Positions 18,205 to 27,887 of a stretch of DNA of 64,000 nucleotides are shown one piece after another. The position numbers were made by a program, and so were the translations under genes. The notes under the pieces are model-generated. The model searched no databases, was not told the DNA's origin, and saw only the letters and a list, made by a program, of their open reading frames with translations. The stretch's first letter is position 1, and each line of letters begins with the position of its first letter. Origin of the DNA: Acidobacteriota bacterium (lineage in GTDB: Bacteria; Acidobacteriota; UBA890); contig CBDCBL010000009.1 in assembly GCA_965214245.1 (NCBI GenBank), positions 961,422 to 1,025,421 on the forward strand, read 5' to 3'.

Positions 18205-18483
18205 TCAGAAGTTTCCCGACGAAGCTTCCTTCAAGATAGCGTTATCGAGCATCGTCTCGGCCAGCAACTTCTTCAGCCGGGCGTTCTCGCGCTCGAGCTC
18301 CTTGAGCCGCCGCGCCTGATCCACTCTCAGACCGCCGTACTCCTTCCGCCACCGGTAGTACGTGTTCTCGCTGATGCCCAGCGTCCGGCATACCTCCGGC
18401 GTCTTGACTCCCCGCGCCAGCTCCACCTCTGCCTCTCTGAGCTTGGCGATGATCTGCTCGACCGTGTAGCGCTTCCGTGCCAT
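18205..18483 (-). CDS. IS3-family transposase OrfA of IS-B.
   Basis: 'MARKRYTVEQIIAKLREAEVELARG...TYYRWRKEYGGLRVDQARRLKELERENARLKKLLAE' is a typical IS3 OrfA with HTH and leucine zipper. Confidence 0.85.
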   Translation of the reverse strand: MARKRYTVEQIIAKLREAEVELARGVKTPEVCRTLGISENTYYRWRKEYGGLRVDQARRLKELERENARLKKLLAETMLDNAILKEASSGNF

Positions 18484-18733
18484 TTATCCCCCTTCTCGAA
18501 CCCGTCTGAGAGCCTCAAATCCTAACTCTTAAACTGGCCCGACTATTGGGGGGCAGGTCACAGGCGCTCCAGCATGCAACCACGGAGTTGCAACGCTGGC
18601 TCATGAGCGACTACGGCTTCGACGAGCGCGGCGCCCTCGCTGCTGATGGGGCACGCGATGGAGTACGAGATTGCGCAGGTGGTCGACCCGACCTTTACGG
18701 TCGTGGCGAAGATGAGGAAGGATTTGTTGCCGT

Positions 18734-20399
18734 GAAGAAACCGCGCGGCGCCGGCTGTGCCACCGCGGCGCTTCTCGTGTGCGCATGCACATCGTGTACG
18801 GGCTCGACCGGCTGGGACGAGCCGGTTCTCGAGGAAGGCCAGGGCGCGCTGCGGATCACCGTGCGCGACGGCGACCGGGTGGTACCCGCCCGGCTGGAGC
18901 TGATGGATGACGAAGGTAACCCTCACTTCGTGCCGGACGCGGTGCCTGTCGGTGGTGATTGCGAAGATCACGATCGGCCGTTGAGTCCGGTCGAGGCCCG
19001 CGATCTCATGCGCGCCCCGTTTCACAACAGCGTCAGCGACACGCTGCAGTTCTACACCACGGGTCGCACGCAGCTCGCGCTGCGGCAGGGCACCTACACG
19101 CTCAAGGCACTCAAGGGACCGGAGTACCGGATGAGCACATATCCTGTGCAGATCGACGGCGGCCGCATCACTGAGCTGCAGGTACAAGTCGAGCCCTGGA
19201 TACGGATGGCGGAGCGCGGCTGGTACAGCGCCGACGCTCACCTGCACATCCCACGCCCCGACCCGTCGCAAGATTCCGCGATCAGTGCGTGGATGCGCGC
19301 CGAGGGTCTCAACGTTGCCAATCTCCTGCAGTGGGGCAACTCGCGCGGTTTCAACAACGCCGTGCAGTTTGCCTACGGCGCCGACGGCACCCATGCCGAC
19401 GCCGACGTGCTTCTTCTTCCGGGGCAAGAAAATCCACGAACAGGTCTCCTGGGCCACGCCATGATCCTCGCTCCGGACGCTCCCATCCGATACCCCGACG
19501 AGTACCTCGTGTATCGGCGTTTTTTCGAACAGGCCCGGGACCAGGGCGCGATCGCGGGGGTGGGACACAAAGGAAATTGGGGCGGCTACGAGGCTGTCGG
19601 TCTTCTCGCGCCCCGCGATTTGATCGACTTCATCGAGGTTTTCACCTTCAGGACGCCAGACTACGACCTCTGGTACGAGACCCTCAACGCCGGGTTTCGC
19701 ATCGCAGCGGTCGCCGGCTCCGACTTTCCGTGTGGTAGGGGGGGCGTTCCTCCGGGCGAGCAGAGGTTCTACGTCAGGTCGCCCGACCCGCTTACCGCGG
19801 AATCCTGGAAGGCGGGCCTTGCCGCGGGCCGGACCTTTGTAACCAACGGGCCGATGATCGAATTCGCAGTCGAAGGGCGAGAGATGGGCGACGAGGTGAC
19901 GCTCGATGCCCTCGGAAACGTGACCGCGGTGGGGAAGCTGCTCTTCGATCCCGACCGTGACCGCATACGAGTCGTCGACCTACTGCTGAACGGAAGAGTC
20001 GTGCAAACGTTTTCGACGGTGACCGGCGCGGGCCAGATCTCCTTTTCCGTTGAGGTTCCCATCGAGGGGTCGTCCTGGCTGGCGATGCGCAGCTTCGGCA
20101 CCAAGCTGAACACGCCGTCAGCTTGGCGCAACAGCTTCGCCCATTCCGGGCCGGTCTTCGTCGAGGTGCGAAACTTTCCGGCTCTGCGCGACGGCCCACG
20201 GGCACGGGCCGTGGTGCAAACCTGGCTCGATCGCCTGTCTGTCTTCCAGGGCATCGTTACGGATGAAAATCAGCTCGCTCAATTCGCATCCGCCGCCTCG
20301 GACGGCACATCCGCGGACGTCCTCATCGATCAGCGCTTCAACCTGCTACGCGAGATCCAGGAGTCCAAATGGCTACTCCAGAGCCGCTTGCAGCAGTGA
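18734..20399 (+). CDS. Lipoprotein metallohydrolase of the PHP-like / CehA-McbA type; tentative.
   Basis: A GTG start at about 18734 gives 'VKKPRGAGCATAALLVCACTSC', which contains a lipobox. The metal-binding 'YSADAHLHIP' HxH motif and later His/Asp residues ('GHAMILAPD', 'AGSDFP') are present. The ORF portion upstream of 18734 is read-through from the edge of IS-B. Confidence 0.55.
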
Positions 20400-22241
20400 C
20401 TACCGGATATAGCCGAGTGCGCGCAGAGCCTCGATTTGCTCCGGCGACAACTCGGCGTTGTCGGACGCCGTGAAACCGGCGGCCAAAATGCCTTGCGTGT
20501 CCCAATGCCGCTGCAAGGCAGCCGCATACTTGTCGACCATGTCCGGGTGGAGATCAGCCACGTCAACGACGCACTCCGGATCCAGGAGCAAATCGCAAAT
20601 GCGGACTTCGGTCGACGCAATGGGATCTTCGGCATGGAACACGGGGGAATGCCGCGACGCTCCCCAGCGACCGTCGATGATCTCCAGCCAGCCGGACATG
20701 ATGCCGTCGGGGAATGCGTACACCTCGTCCAACACCACGGGCCCACGCTCCATGTCCTCGCCCCGCAAAAATGAAGCCAGCGACTTGCCCTGCAGCGCTT
20801 GAGGAACCTCCGCGCCGGTGATCTCCAAAACGGTCGGCACGATATTCATCATCGAAACCGGCTGCTCGATGCGCCTCGGTTCGAGATGGCCCGGCCAGAT
20901 GAAGATCATCGGCACCCGGGTTCGCATCGAGCCCATGATCGGAGCGGTGCGGTCGGGGATCTCCTCCAGATCACCGATGCCGTGGGCGCTGCCGTGATCG
21001 CTGGCGATTATCAGCAGCATGTTGTCCCACTCTCCACGGGCTTTCAAGTCGCCGACGAGCCGCCGCAGCTGGGCGTCGTTGTGGAGCATCGACTCGTCGT
21101 AGAGCCCTTTGGCTATCGAGAAGAACTCATGGCGATCGATGCCCGTCTCTTCGAACATCGCCAGCGGGTATCTCCAGGCATGCAGCCATTGCGGCCGGGA
21201 CAAGCGGAGGGCGGCGGCCAGCTCGCGTTCCCAGGCATAGAACTGCTCACGCTCCGCTGCTGTCGTGAAGCTTCCCAAGAACGGTTCGACGGGTTGCCAG
21301 GGCCAATGTACATCGGTCGTTTGGAGGTGAACCCAGTACGGCCAGGCCGGATAGGCACGCCGCCACTGCCAAAAGTTCGCGTGCAGCTCGACGCTCGAGA
21401 CGGCGTTATGGGCTACGCCGCCGTCACGAAGCAAGTCGAGGCCTCGCTCCAGGCCCGTCATCCGGCCGGCAAAAGGATTCGAGGTAATCGACGCCGTCAG
21501 ATACCCGACCTCGTGCAGGTACTCGCCGATGGTGCGCGCTCCGGCCGGCAGCCGTGCGGTCTGGTCGTCGGTGGCTCGCAGCGCGCTGCTGTGCAGAGAC
21601 GTCAGAAAGCTCGGCGTGGAGATCTTGGTCCACGTTGAAGGGCTGTATGCACGTTCGAATACGATGCCCTCCGCGGCCAGCTCCTCCAGAAACGGCGTCG
21701 TCGGCCGTTCGTACCCGTAGACGCTCATGTAGTCGGCACCTGCGGCATCGATAACGTAGAAGATGACGTTGGGCCGGTCGGAGGGAACGTCGCTGAACAG
21801 CGTCGGCGCAGCCCACGACGCCTCCGCTCCTATTTCCCCGGAGATCGTCTCGAAGACCAAATCGATGTCCTGCCCTGCCCACTCGGACAGGCTGACTCGA
21901 TGTATCTGCCAGTTCTCAGAATCGGTGTACGTCTCGTCGAGCACAACCGTTTCACGGTCACCGTTCCGAGCGACGATGCGGTACGTAATCGTCGTCTCGT
22001 CCTCGGCATTAGACAGGGAAACACTCAGGCTGGGCTCCGCCGGCACGCGGACCTGGAATGTCAACCGGCTCGCCGTCTTGGTCCCAATCGAACGCCGCCA
22101 CGCAATTCCCCGCTTTGCATAGGTGATGGCGGGGCGTACTACGCGGGGATCGGGGTCGTTGTAAACGGCCTCGTCGAGGATTTCCTCGAGATGGATCGGT
22201 CGGATCGGCGCATCGCTGCCGCCACACCCGAAGCTGATCAA
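20400..22241 (-). CDS. Sulfatase-like hydrolase or transferase of the alkaline-phosphatase superfamily. It is probably a lipoprotein and lacks the canonical C/S-x-P-x-R formylglycine motif.
   Basis: 'PNVIFYVIDAAGADYMSVYGYERPTTPFLEELAAEGIVFERAY' matches the metal-site N-terminal block of sulfatases. 'MLLIIASDHGSAHG' matches the C-terminal block. Where CxPxR is expected, the sequence reads 'SPSTWTKISTPS'. Confidence 0.7.
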   Translation of the reverse strand: MISFGCGGSDAPIRPIHLEEILDEAVYNDPDPRVVRPAITYAKRGIAWRRSIGTKTASRLTFQVRVPAEPSLSVSLSNAEDETTITYRIVARNGDRETVVLDETYTDSENWQIHRVSLSEWAGQDIDLVFETISGEIGAEASWAAPTLFSDVPSDRPNVIFYVIDAAGADYMSVYGYERPTTPFLEELAAEGIVFERAYSPSTWTKISTPSFLTSLHSSALRATDDQTARLPAGARTIGEYLHEVGYLTASITSNPFAGRMTGLERGLDLLRDGGVAHNAVSSVELHANFWQWRRAYPAWPYWVHLQTTDVHWPWQPVEPFLGSFTTAAEREQFYAWERELAAALRLSRPQWLHAWRYPLAMFEETGIDRHEFFSIAKGLYDESMLHNDAQLRRLVGDLKARGEWDNMLLIIASDHGSAHGIGDLEEIPDRTAPIMGSMRTRVPMIFIWPGHLEPRRIEQPVSMMNIVPTVLEITGAEVPQALQGKSLASFLRGEDMERGPVVLDEVYAFPDGIMSGWLEIIDGRWGASRHSPVFHAEDPIASTEVRICDLLLDPECVVDVADLHPDMVDKYAAALQRHWDTQGILAAGFTASDNAELSPEQIEALRALGYIR

Positions 22242-22482
22242 CCCCGCCAGCAGCGCAGCGCCGAGCGCCGCAAGCCGACCGGAGGGCTGGCGAGCAGACT
22301 GGAATATGGGCTCAAGGTCATCGTCGCTTTTCCGCGCCCCAAGGGCCGATCAGCCAACCGCATCAGACACCCGAATCTGCCGCGCCGCAAGTCGAGACAG
22401 GCACGCCCCTTTGCTCCCCGCGCACATGTTACACGGTCGGCAAGTCGCGAGATGGCGCCGGAAATGCTGGCCCACCCCATGG

Positions 22483-22501
22483 TTCACCACGGCCTGCTAG
22501 G
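22483..22501. repeat. Copy 1 of a 19-bp exact repeat, TTCACCACGGCCTGCTAGG. It ends 8 bp upstream of the putative GTG start of the SLC13 gene.
   Basis: Identical 19-mer at 50473-50491. Direct reading of the sequence. Confidence 0.6.
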
Positions 22502-22509
22502 ATCCGCGT

Positions 22510-24018
22510 GTGCTGAACACCAACGGGCTGCGCACCAAGATCGGGCTTTTCGGCGTTCCCGCGGTGGCGCTGGCCCTGCTGCTGTTCGTCGACCTCGAGC
22601 CCGGTCGGCCCCAGATCACCCGCATGGCTGTGGTGGCAGTGCTGATGGCCGGCTGGTGGATCACAGAGGCGATCCCCATCCCGGTGACGTCGCTGTTGCC
22701 GGTGGCGATGTTCCCGTTGCTTGGCATCCTCGACGGAAAACTCACCGCGTCGCTGTACTTCAACGACACTATCTTTCTGTTCATCGGCGGCTTCATATTC
22801 GCCCTGGCGATGCAGAAATGGAACCTGCACCGACGCATCGCGCTGCGCATCATCCTGATCCTCGGCTCGGGACCGATGCGCCTGATGCTTGGCTTCATGG
22901 TGGCGACGTGGTTTCTGTCGATGTGGATCTCCAACACCGCCACAACCATGATGATGGTGCCCATGGCGCTGGCGATTACCGTGCAGCTGAAGGACCAGTT
23001 CGGCGCGGCAAGGGTAGCGAACTACACTGTGGGGTTGCTGCTCGCCGTGGCCTACGCGGCGTCGATCGGCGGCATCGCTACCATCATCGGCACACCGCCC
23101 AACCTGTCGTTCCGCCGCATCTTCGCCATCCTGTTCCCGCGGGCGCCGGAGATCTCCTTTGCTGACTGGTTCATCTTCGCCCTGCCGCTATCGGTCGTGT
23201 TCTTGCTCATCTGCTGGGGGCTGCTCGGGCGCATGTTCGCCCGCGATGTCGGCATCGACCCGCAGAACACGGACATGTTCCGCCGTGAGTACAAAAAGCT
23301 CGGCCTGATGAGGTTCGAGGAGCGCGCAGTGCTCATGCTTTTCTGCTTGCTGGTGTTCCTCTGGATGTTTCGCCGCGACCTGTTCTTCCTGCCCGGCTGG
23401 TCGCGGCTGCTGCCGAACCCCGACCTCGCCCACGACGGGACTGTCGCCATCGTCATCGCCATCATCCTCTTTCTCATTCCGGCGCGCTCGGGCTCCGCCG
23501 AGCGGCTGATGGACTGGGAGACGGCGGTGAAGCTCAAGTGGGGCATCGTGCTGTTGTTCGGTGGTGGTTTCGCGCTCGCTGGTGGTTTCACCGAGTCGGG
23601 GTTGTCAGCCTGGCTCGGCAGCCGGCTGGCGGCCTTCGCCGATTTTCCGCCCATCGTCCTGGTGCTGGTTACCTGCACCGCGCTGACCTTTCTCACCGAG
23701 CTCACCTCCAACGCCGCCACCATCGAGATGGCGCTGCCGGTGCTCGGCTCGCTCGCGGTGGCTATCGACGTCAACCCACTGCTGCTCATGGTGCCGGCGA
23801 CTCTGAGTTCCTCGTGCGCCTTCATGCTGCCGGTAGCGACGCCCCCCAACGCCATCGCCTTCGGCACCGGCGAGCTGTCGATGAAGGACATGGTGCGTGC
23901 CGGCATCCTTCTCAACCTCGTCGGCATCTTGCTGATCACTGCGGCGATCTACCTGCTTGGGCTTGTGGCCTTGGGTATCGACCTGAACGTCATGCCCGAC
24001 TGGGCCGTGGGGTCGTAG
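22510..24018 (+). CDS. SLC13 / DASS-family Na+-coupled anion (di-/tricarboxylate or sulfate) symporter.
   Basis: 'AVLMAGWWITEAIPIPVTSLLPVAMFPLLGI' is the family signature. There are about 13 transmembrane segments, with a duplicated hairpin motif in the C-terminal half ('NAATIEMALPV'). Confidence 0.85.
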   Translation: MLNTNGLRTKIGLFGVPAVALALLLFVDLEPGRPQITRMAVVAVLMAGWWITEAIPIPVTSLLPVAMFPLLGILDGKLTASLYFNDTIFLFIGGFIFALAMQKWNLHRRIALRIILILGSGPMRLMLGFMVATWFLSMWISNTATTMMMVPMALAITVQLKDQFGAARVANYTVGLLLAVAYAASIGGIATIIGTPPNLSFRRIFAILFPRAPEISFADWFIFALPLSVVFLLICWGLLGRMFARDVGIDPQNTDMFRREYKKLGLMRFEERAVLMLFCLLVFLWMFRRDLFFLPGWSRLLPNPDLAHDGTVAIVIAIILFLIPARSGSAERLMDWETAVKLKWGIVLLFGGGFALAGGFTESGLSAWLGSRLAAFADFPPIVLVLVTCTALTFLTELTSNAATIEMALPVLGSLAVAIDVNPLLLMVPATLSSSCAFMLPVATPPNAIAFGTGELSMKDMVRAGILLNLVGILLITAAIYLLGLVALGIDLNVMPDWAVGS

Positions 24019-24100
24019 CGACCGCCGCCAGATCCCGGCGTCGCCTGCAAGGTGATGTTGGAGTCATCGTCGATGAGGCACGGACTTCTGCCTCAGGGCA

Positions 24101-25633
24101 CTAGCCGTCGATCACTTCGTCGACGTCCAGCCGTGGGAAAAGCGCCTCGGCCGGCTGCAACTGCCGCGGCACCAACGCCGGGTCGAAGAGATCGTCGAGG
24201 CGCCAGTCGGACGCTGGGACGTCCCAGCCCAGCGCCGACGCCATTGCAACCGTTCGCTCGGGCATGACCGGGTGCAACAGCACGGCGACCTGACGGATCG
24301 CGGCGGCAAGCTCGGCAAGCACGGCGTCCAAATCGGCGGCTCGTTCAGGATCCTTGGCCAACTCCCAGGGCGCCTGCTCCTGGATGGCGGAGTTCGCCGC
24401 CGAGACGATCTGCCAGGCCGCCTTGATGGCCGCCTGCAGCTCGTAATGCTGCATCGCTTCGCGGTATTCCGCTACCGCGTGCTCGGCAACCGCGCCGAGA
24501 CCGGTGATCGACCCGCCGGGAGAGCCGTTCAACGTGCCGTCGCGATACTTCATGGCCATCCCGATCGTCCGCTGCAGGAGGTTGCCGAGATCGTTGGCCA
24601 GATCGGCGTTGTAGCGCGCGATCAGCCTCTCATGATCGAAATCGAAGTCGCGACCGAACGGCGCTTCGCGCAGCAGGAAGTAGCGCAGCGCGTCGGCGCC
24701 GAAGTACTCGGCAGTGCTCACCGGATCCATGGCGTTGCCCATGCTCTTGCTCATGCGACCACCGCCGGTAAGCACCCAACCGTGGCCGTAGATCGTCTTG
24801 GGCAGCGGCAAGCCGGCCGACATCAACATCGCCGGCCAAATGACAGCGTGGAACCGCGTGATGTCCTTGCCCACTAGATGCACGTCGGCCGGCCAGAACT
24901 TCTGATAACAGTCGGTTTCGTCGGGAAACCCTGTGGCAGCCAGGTAGTTGGTCAAGGCGTCGAACCACACGTAGATCGCCTGCCCCTCGTGCCCCGGCAT
25001 CGGAATTCCCCAACCGTCGCTGGCGCGCGAGGCGCTGATGTCCTCGAGGCCTTCCCTCAGCAACGAGAGGAGCTCATTGCGCCGCACCTCCGGCTGTACA
25101 AAATCGGGATTCTCCTCGTAGTGGGCGAGCAGCCGGTCGGTGTAGTCGGAGAGGCGGAAGAAGACGTTCTCCTCTTCGCGAAACTCCGGCTCTGTTTCGT
25201 GCACCGGACAGGTGCCATCGACCAGATCGCGATCTTGGTAATAGGCCTCGCAGCTGACGCAGTACCAGCCGGTGTACGTACCGTTGTAGAAGTCGCCCGC
25301 CGCCGCGGTGCGCTCGACCAACGCCAACACCGCCCGCTTGTGTCGCTCCTCCGTCGTCCGGATAAAATCGTCGAACTCGACGTTGACCGCCGCCCACGCC
25401 TGACGAAAAACGTCCGCCATCCGATCGGTGAACTCGAGCGGGTCGAGCCCCTCCTCTTGAGCCTTCCGCTCGACATTCTGCGAGTGCTCGTCGAGGCCCA
25501 TGAGAAAGAACACGTCCTCCCCCGCCAGCCGCTGGTAGCGCGCGATCGTGTCGGCGGCGATCTTTTCGTACGCCGTACCGATGTGGGGCTGGCTGTTCGG
25601 ATAGTCGATGGCACAGGTGATGTAAAAGCTCAT
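24101..25633 (-). CDS. metG: Methionine--tRNA ligase.
   Basis: The HIGH motif ('PHIGTAY') and KMSKS motif ('RMSKSMGN') are present. The start is taken at 'MSFYITCAIDYPN'. The upstream Arg-rich extension was rejected. Confidence 0.9.
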   Translation of the reverse strand: MSFYITCAIDYPNSQPHIGTAYEKIAADTIARYQRLAGEDVFFLMGLDEHSQNVERKAQEEGLDPLEFTDRMADVFRQAWAAVNVEFDDFIRTTEERHKRAVLALVERTAAAGDFYNGTYTGWYCVSCEAYYQDRDLVDGTCPVHETEPEFREEENVFFRLSDYTDRLLAHYEENPDFVQPEVRRNELLSLLREGLEDISASRASDGWGIPMPGHEGQAIYVWFDALTNYLAATGFPDETDCYQKFWPADVHLVGKDITRFHAVIWPAMLMSAGLPLPKTIYGHGWVLTGGGRMSKSMGNAMDPVSTAEYFGADALRYFLLREAPFGRDFDFDHERLIARYNADLANDLGNLLQRTIGMAMKYRDGTLNGSPGGSITGLGAVAEHAVAEYREAMQHYELQAAIKAAWQIVSAANSAIQEQAPWELAKDPERAADLDAVLAELAAAIRQVAVLLHPVMPERTVAMASALGWDVPASDWRLDDLFDPALVPRQLQPAEALFPRLDVDEVIDG

Positions 25634-25637
25634 CAGA

Positions 25638-26396
25638 TCACGGGTCGAAATTCTTGTTGTCGTAGCTGCACAGGTCCTCGATGCAGCACGCCCAGCACTT
25701 CGGCCGGCGCGCGTGGCACACCTCCCTGCCATAGCGGATCACATTCATGTGCAGTGGATACATGATCTCGTCGGGAACGTGCTGCTGGATGTCGCGGTTG
25801 GCACGTCCCAAGTCGCGCGTCTCGACGATCCCGAGCCGCTGCAGGATACGGTGCACGTGCGTGTCGACCGGAAAAGCAGGCAAGCGCAAAGAGAATAGCA
25901 GGATGCAGTTGATGCTCTTGGCCCCGACGCCCTTGTAACCGGCAAGCTCGGCGCGCGCTTCCTCGATGCCGAGCTCGCCGAGGTAGTCGAACTCGTAGTC
26001 GCCGCGCTGTTTGTGGAGCTGGCGCAGCAACTGCTTGATGCGCTGCGCCTTGGTGCGATGCAATCCGCCGATCTCGATCGCCTTGGCGATTGTCGTCACC
26101 CGGGCTCGGGCGATTTCTTCCCAGTTGTCGAAGCGCCGCCACAACGAAGCCCAGGCGCGATCACGGTTCGTGTCGGTGGTGTTCTGCGACAGGATGGTGA
26201 ACACGACCTCATCGAGCGGCGGTTGGAACGACTCCTGCCGCGGCGTGCCGTACTTGTCGCGCAGGCGGTCCTGCAGCACGAGTAAGGCTTCGCGAATCGA
26301 CGCGTCGCCGGGCGCCACCGGCGGCAATGGTTGCGGGCGTGGCGGTCGTTTCTTGCGGCTCCTGCCGCCGGGTCGTGCCGGCGCGCCGCCGCTCAC
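25638..26396 (-). CDS. Endonuclease III-family HhH-GPD DNA glycosylase with a [4Fe-4S] cluster.
   Basis: An HhH-GPD core ('ELAGYKGVGAKSINCILLF...PVDTHVHRI') is followed by a C-x6-C-x2-C-x5-C cluster ('CHARRPKCWACCIEDLC'). Confidence 0.8.
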   Translation of the reverse strand: MSGGAPARPGGRSRKKRPPRPQPLPPVAPGDASIREALLVLQDRLRDKYGTPRQESFQPPLDEVVFTILSQNTTDTNRDRAWASLWRRFDNWEEIARARVTTIAKAIEIGGLHRTKAQRIKQLLRQLHKQRGDYEFDYLGELGIEEARAELAGYKGVGAKSINCILLFSLRLPAFPVDTHVHRILQRLGIVETRDLGRANRDIQQHVPDEIMYPLHMNVIRYGREVCHARRPKCWACCIEDLCSYDNKNFDP

Positions 26397-27730
26397 GGGG
26401 CCGCGACGAGCTTGTCAGCCAGGTACTCGGCCAGGGCGTCGAGCGCGACGCGCTCCTGTTCCATCGTGTCGCGGTCGCGCACCGTCGCCTTGCCGTCGTC
26501 GAGACTGTCGAAGTCGAAAGTCACGCAAAACGGCGTGCCTACCTCGTCCTCGCGGCGGTAGCGCTTGCCGATGCTGCCCTGCTCGTCGTACAGCACGTTG
26601 AATCGACTCTGCAGATCGTCGGCGAGCTTGCGGGCCGGCTCGCCGATCTTCTTGGAGAGCGGAAACACGGCGACCTGACGCGGCGCGATGTGGGGCGCCA
26701 AGCGCAACACCGTCCGCTCCTCGCCATCGACTTCGTCGACCGTAAAAGCGTCGGCGAGCACGGTCAACACGGTGCGGTCCAAGCCCGCCGAGATCTCGAT
26801 CACCGACGGAACGTACTTCTCCTGGCGGGCTTCGTCGAAGTACGCCTGATCCTTGCCGGAGTGCTCGTTGTGCATGCTCAGGTCGAAGTTGCCGCGGTTG
26901 GCAATACCTTCGAGCTCCTGCCAGCCGAACGGAAACTCGTACTCGACGTCGGTCGTGTAGCGGGCGTAATGGGCGAGCTCGTCGGCGTCGTGCTCGCGGA
27001 ATCGGAGTCGCTCCTCACGCACGCCGAGGGCCAGATACCACTGCATGCGCGCCTCGCGCCAGTAGTCGAACCACTGCCGCTCTTCGCTCTCGTGCACGAA
27101 GAACTCCATCTCCATCTGCTCGAACTCACGCGAGCGGAACGTGAAGTTGCGCGGTGTCACCTCGTTGCGAAACGCCTTGCCGCGCTGCGCGATGCCGAAC
27201 GGCACTTTCATGCGCGTCGTCATCTGCACATTGCGGAAGTTCACGAAAATCGCTTGTGCCGTCTCGGGCCGCAGATAGGCAACCGATTGCGAGTCCTTCG
27301 TGGCCCCAACAGACGTCTCGAACATGAGACCGAAATCGCGTGGCTCGGTGAGCTCGCCGCCGCAGTTGGGGCATTCCTTCGGTAGCTCCGACACTCCGAG
27401 ATCACGTACCAGGTGGTCGGTGCGGTAACGCCTCTTGCACTCGGTGCAGTCGACCATCACGTCGTAGAAGCTGGCGACGTGGCCCGAGGCCTCCCAAACC
27501 TTCGGGTGCATGATGATCGAGGCGTCGTAGCCGACGACATCTTCACGCTGCCGCACGACGCGGTCCCACCAAAATTCGAACACGTTGTTCTTCAGCTCAA
27601 CGCCCAAGGGACCGTAATCCCAGAAACCGTTGAGACCGCCGTAGATCTCACTGCTTTGGAAGATGTAGCCGCGCCGCTTGCACAGCGAAACGAGCGGTTC
27701 GAGGCCTTCGAGCTGTTGATCTTCGGACAT
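26393..27730 (-). CDS. glyQS: Glycine--tRNA ligase (class II, alpha2-type).
   Basis: 'MSEDQQLEGLEPLVSLCKRRGYIFQSSEIYGGLNGFWDYGPLGVELKNN' is the canonical GlyRS N-terminus. Class II motifs 2 and 3 are present. Confidence 0.9.
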   Translation of the reverse strand: MSEDQQLEGLEPLVSLCKRRGYIFQSSEIYGGLNGFWDYGPLGVELKNNVFEFWWDRVVRQREDVVGYDASIIMHPKVWEASGHVASFYDVMVDCTECKRRYRTDHLVRDLGVSELPKECPNCGGELTEPRDFGLMFETSVGATKDSQSVAYLRPETAQAIFVNFRNVQMTTRMKVPFGIAQRGKAFRNEVTPRNFTFRSREFEQMEMEFFVHESEERQWFDYWREARMQWYLALGVREERLRFREHDADELAHYARYTTDVEYEFPFGWQELEGIANRGNFDLSMHNEHSGKDQAYFDEARQEKYVPSVIEISAGLDRTVLTVLADAFTVDEVDGEERTVLRLAPHIAPRQVAVFPLSKKIGEPARKLADDLQSRFNVLYDEQGSIGKRYRREDEVGTPFCVTFDFDSLDDGKATVRDRDTMEQERVALDALAEYLADKLVAAP

Positions 27731-27887
27731 GCGCAGATTCTATCCGCAGGAAGCAGCGACTGCTGAAGGCTGCGGGCCGTCAGGCCTGGCAAGACCCTGA
27801 TCGAGTCTGGTTGTGGCGTCGAGAGACTTGCCCGGACTTCTCAAGGGGTGGCTACGGCTAGAGTGAAGACAATAGTGACGCGGCACA

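Larger units (their letters stand above)
17324..18540 (-). mobile_element. Second IS3-family insertion sequence, referred to here as IS-B (orfA plus orfB), in tandem with IS-A and in the same orientation. Its orfB-side end abuts or overlaps the end of IS-A.
   Basis: OrfA is at 18205-18483 and OrfB at 17324-18181, in -1 frameshift geometry. The OrfB open frame runs into the terminal repeat of IS-A. The precise ends were not resolved. Confidence 0.65.

Noticed and set aside
18546-18733. A 63-aa N-terminal extension of the metallohydrolase ORF ('MGGRSQALQHATTELQRWLMS...'). It was also considered as a possible continuation of the IS110 transposase.
   Set aside because: It has no lipobox or signal; these appear only from the GTG at about 18734. 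It starts at the edge of IS-B. It does not align convincingly as the next segment of an IS110 transposase.
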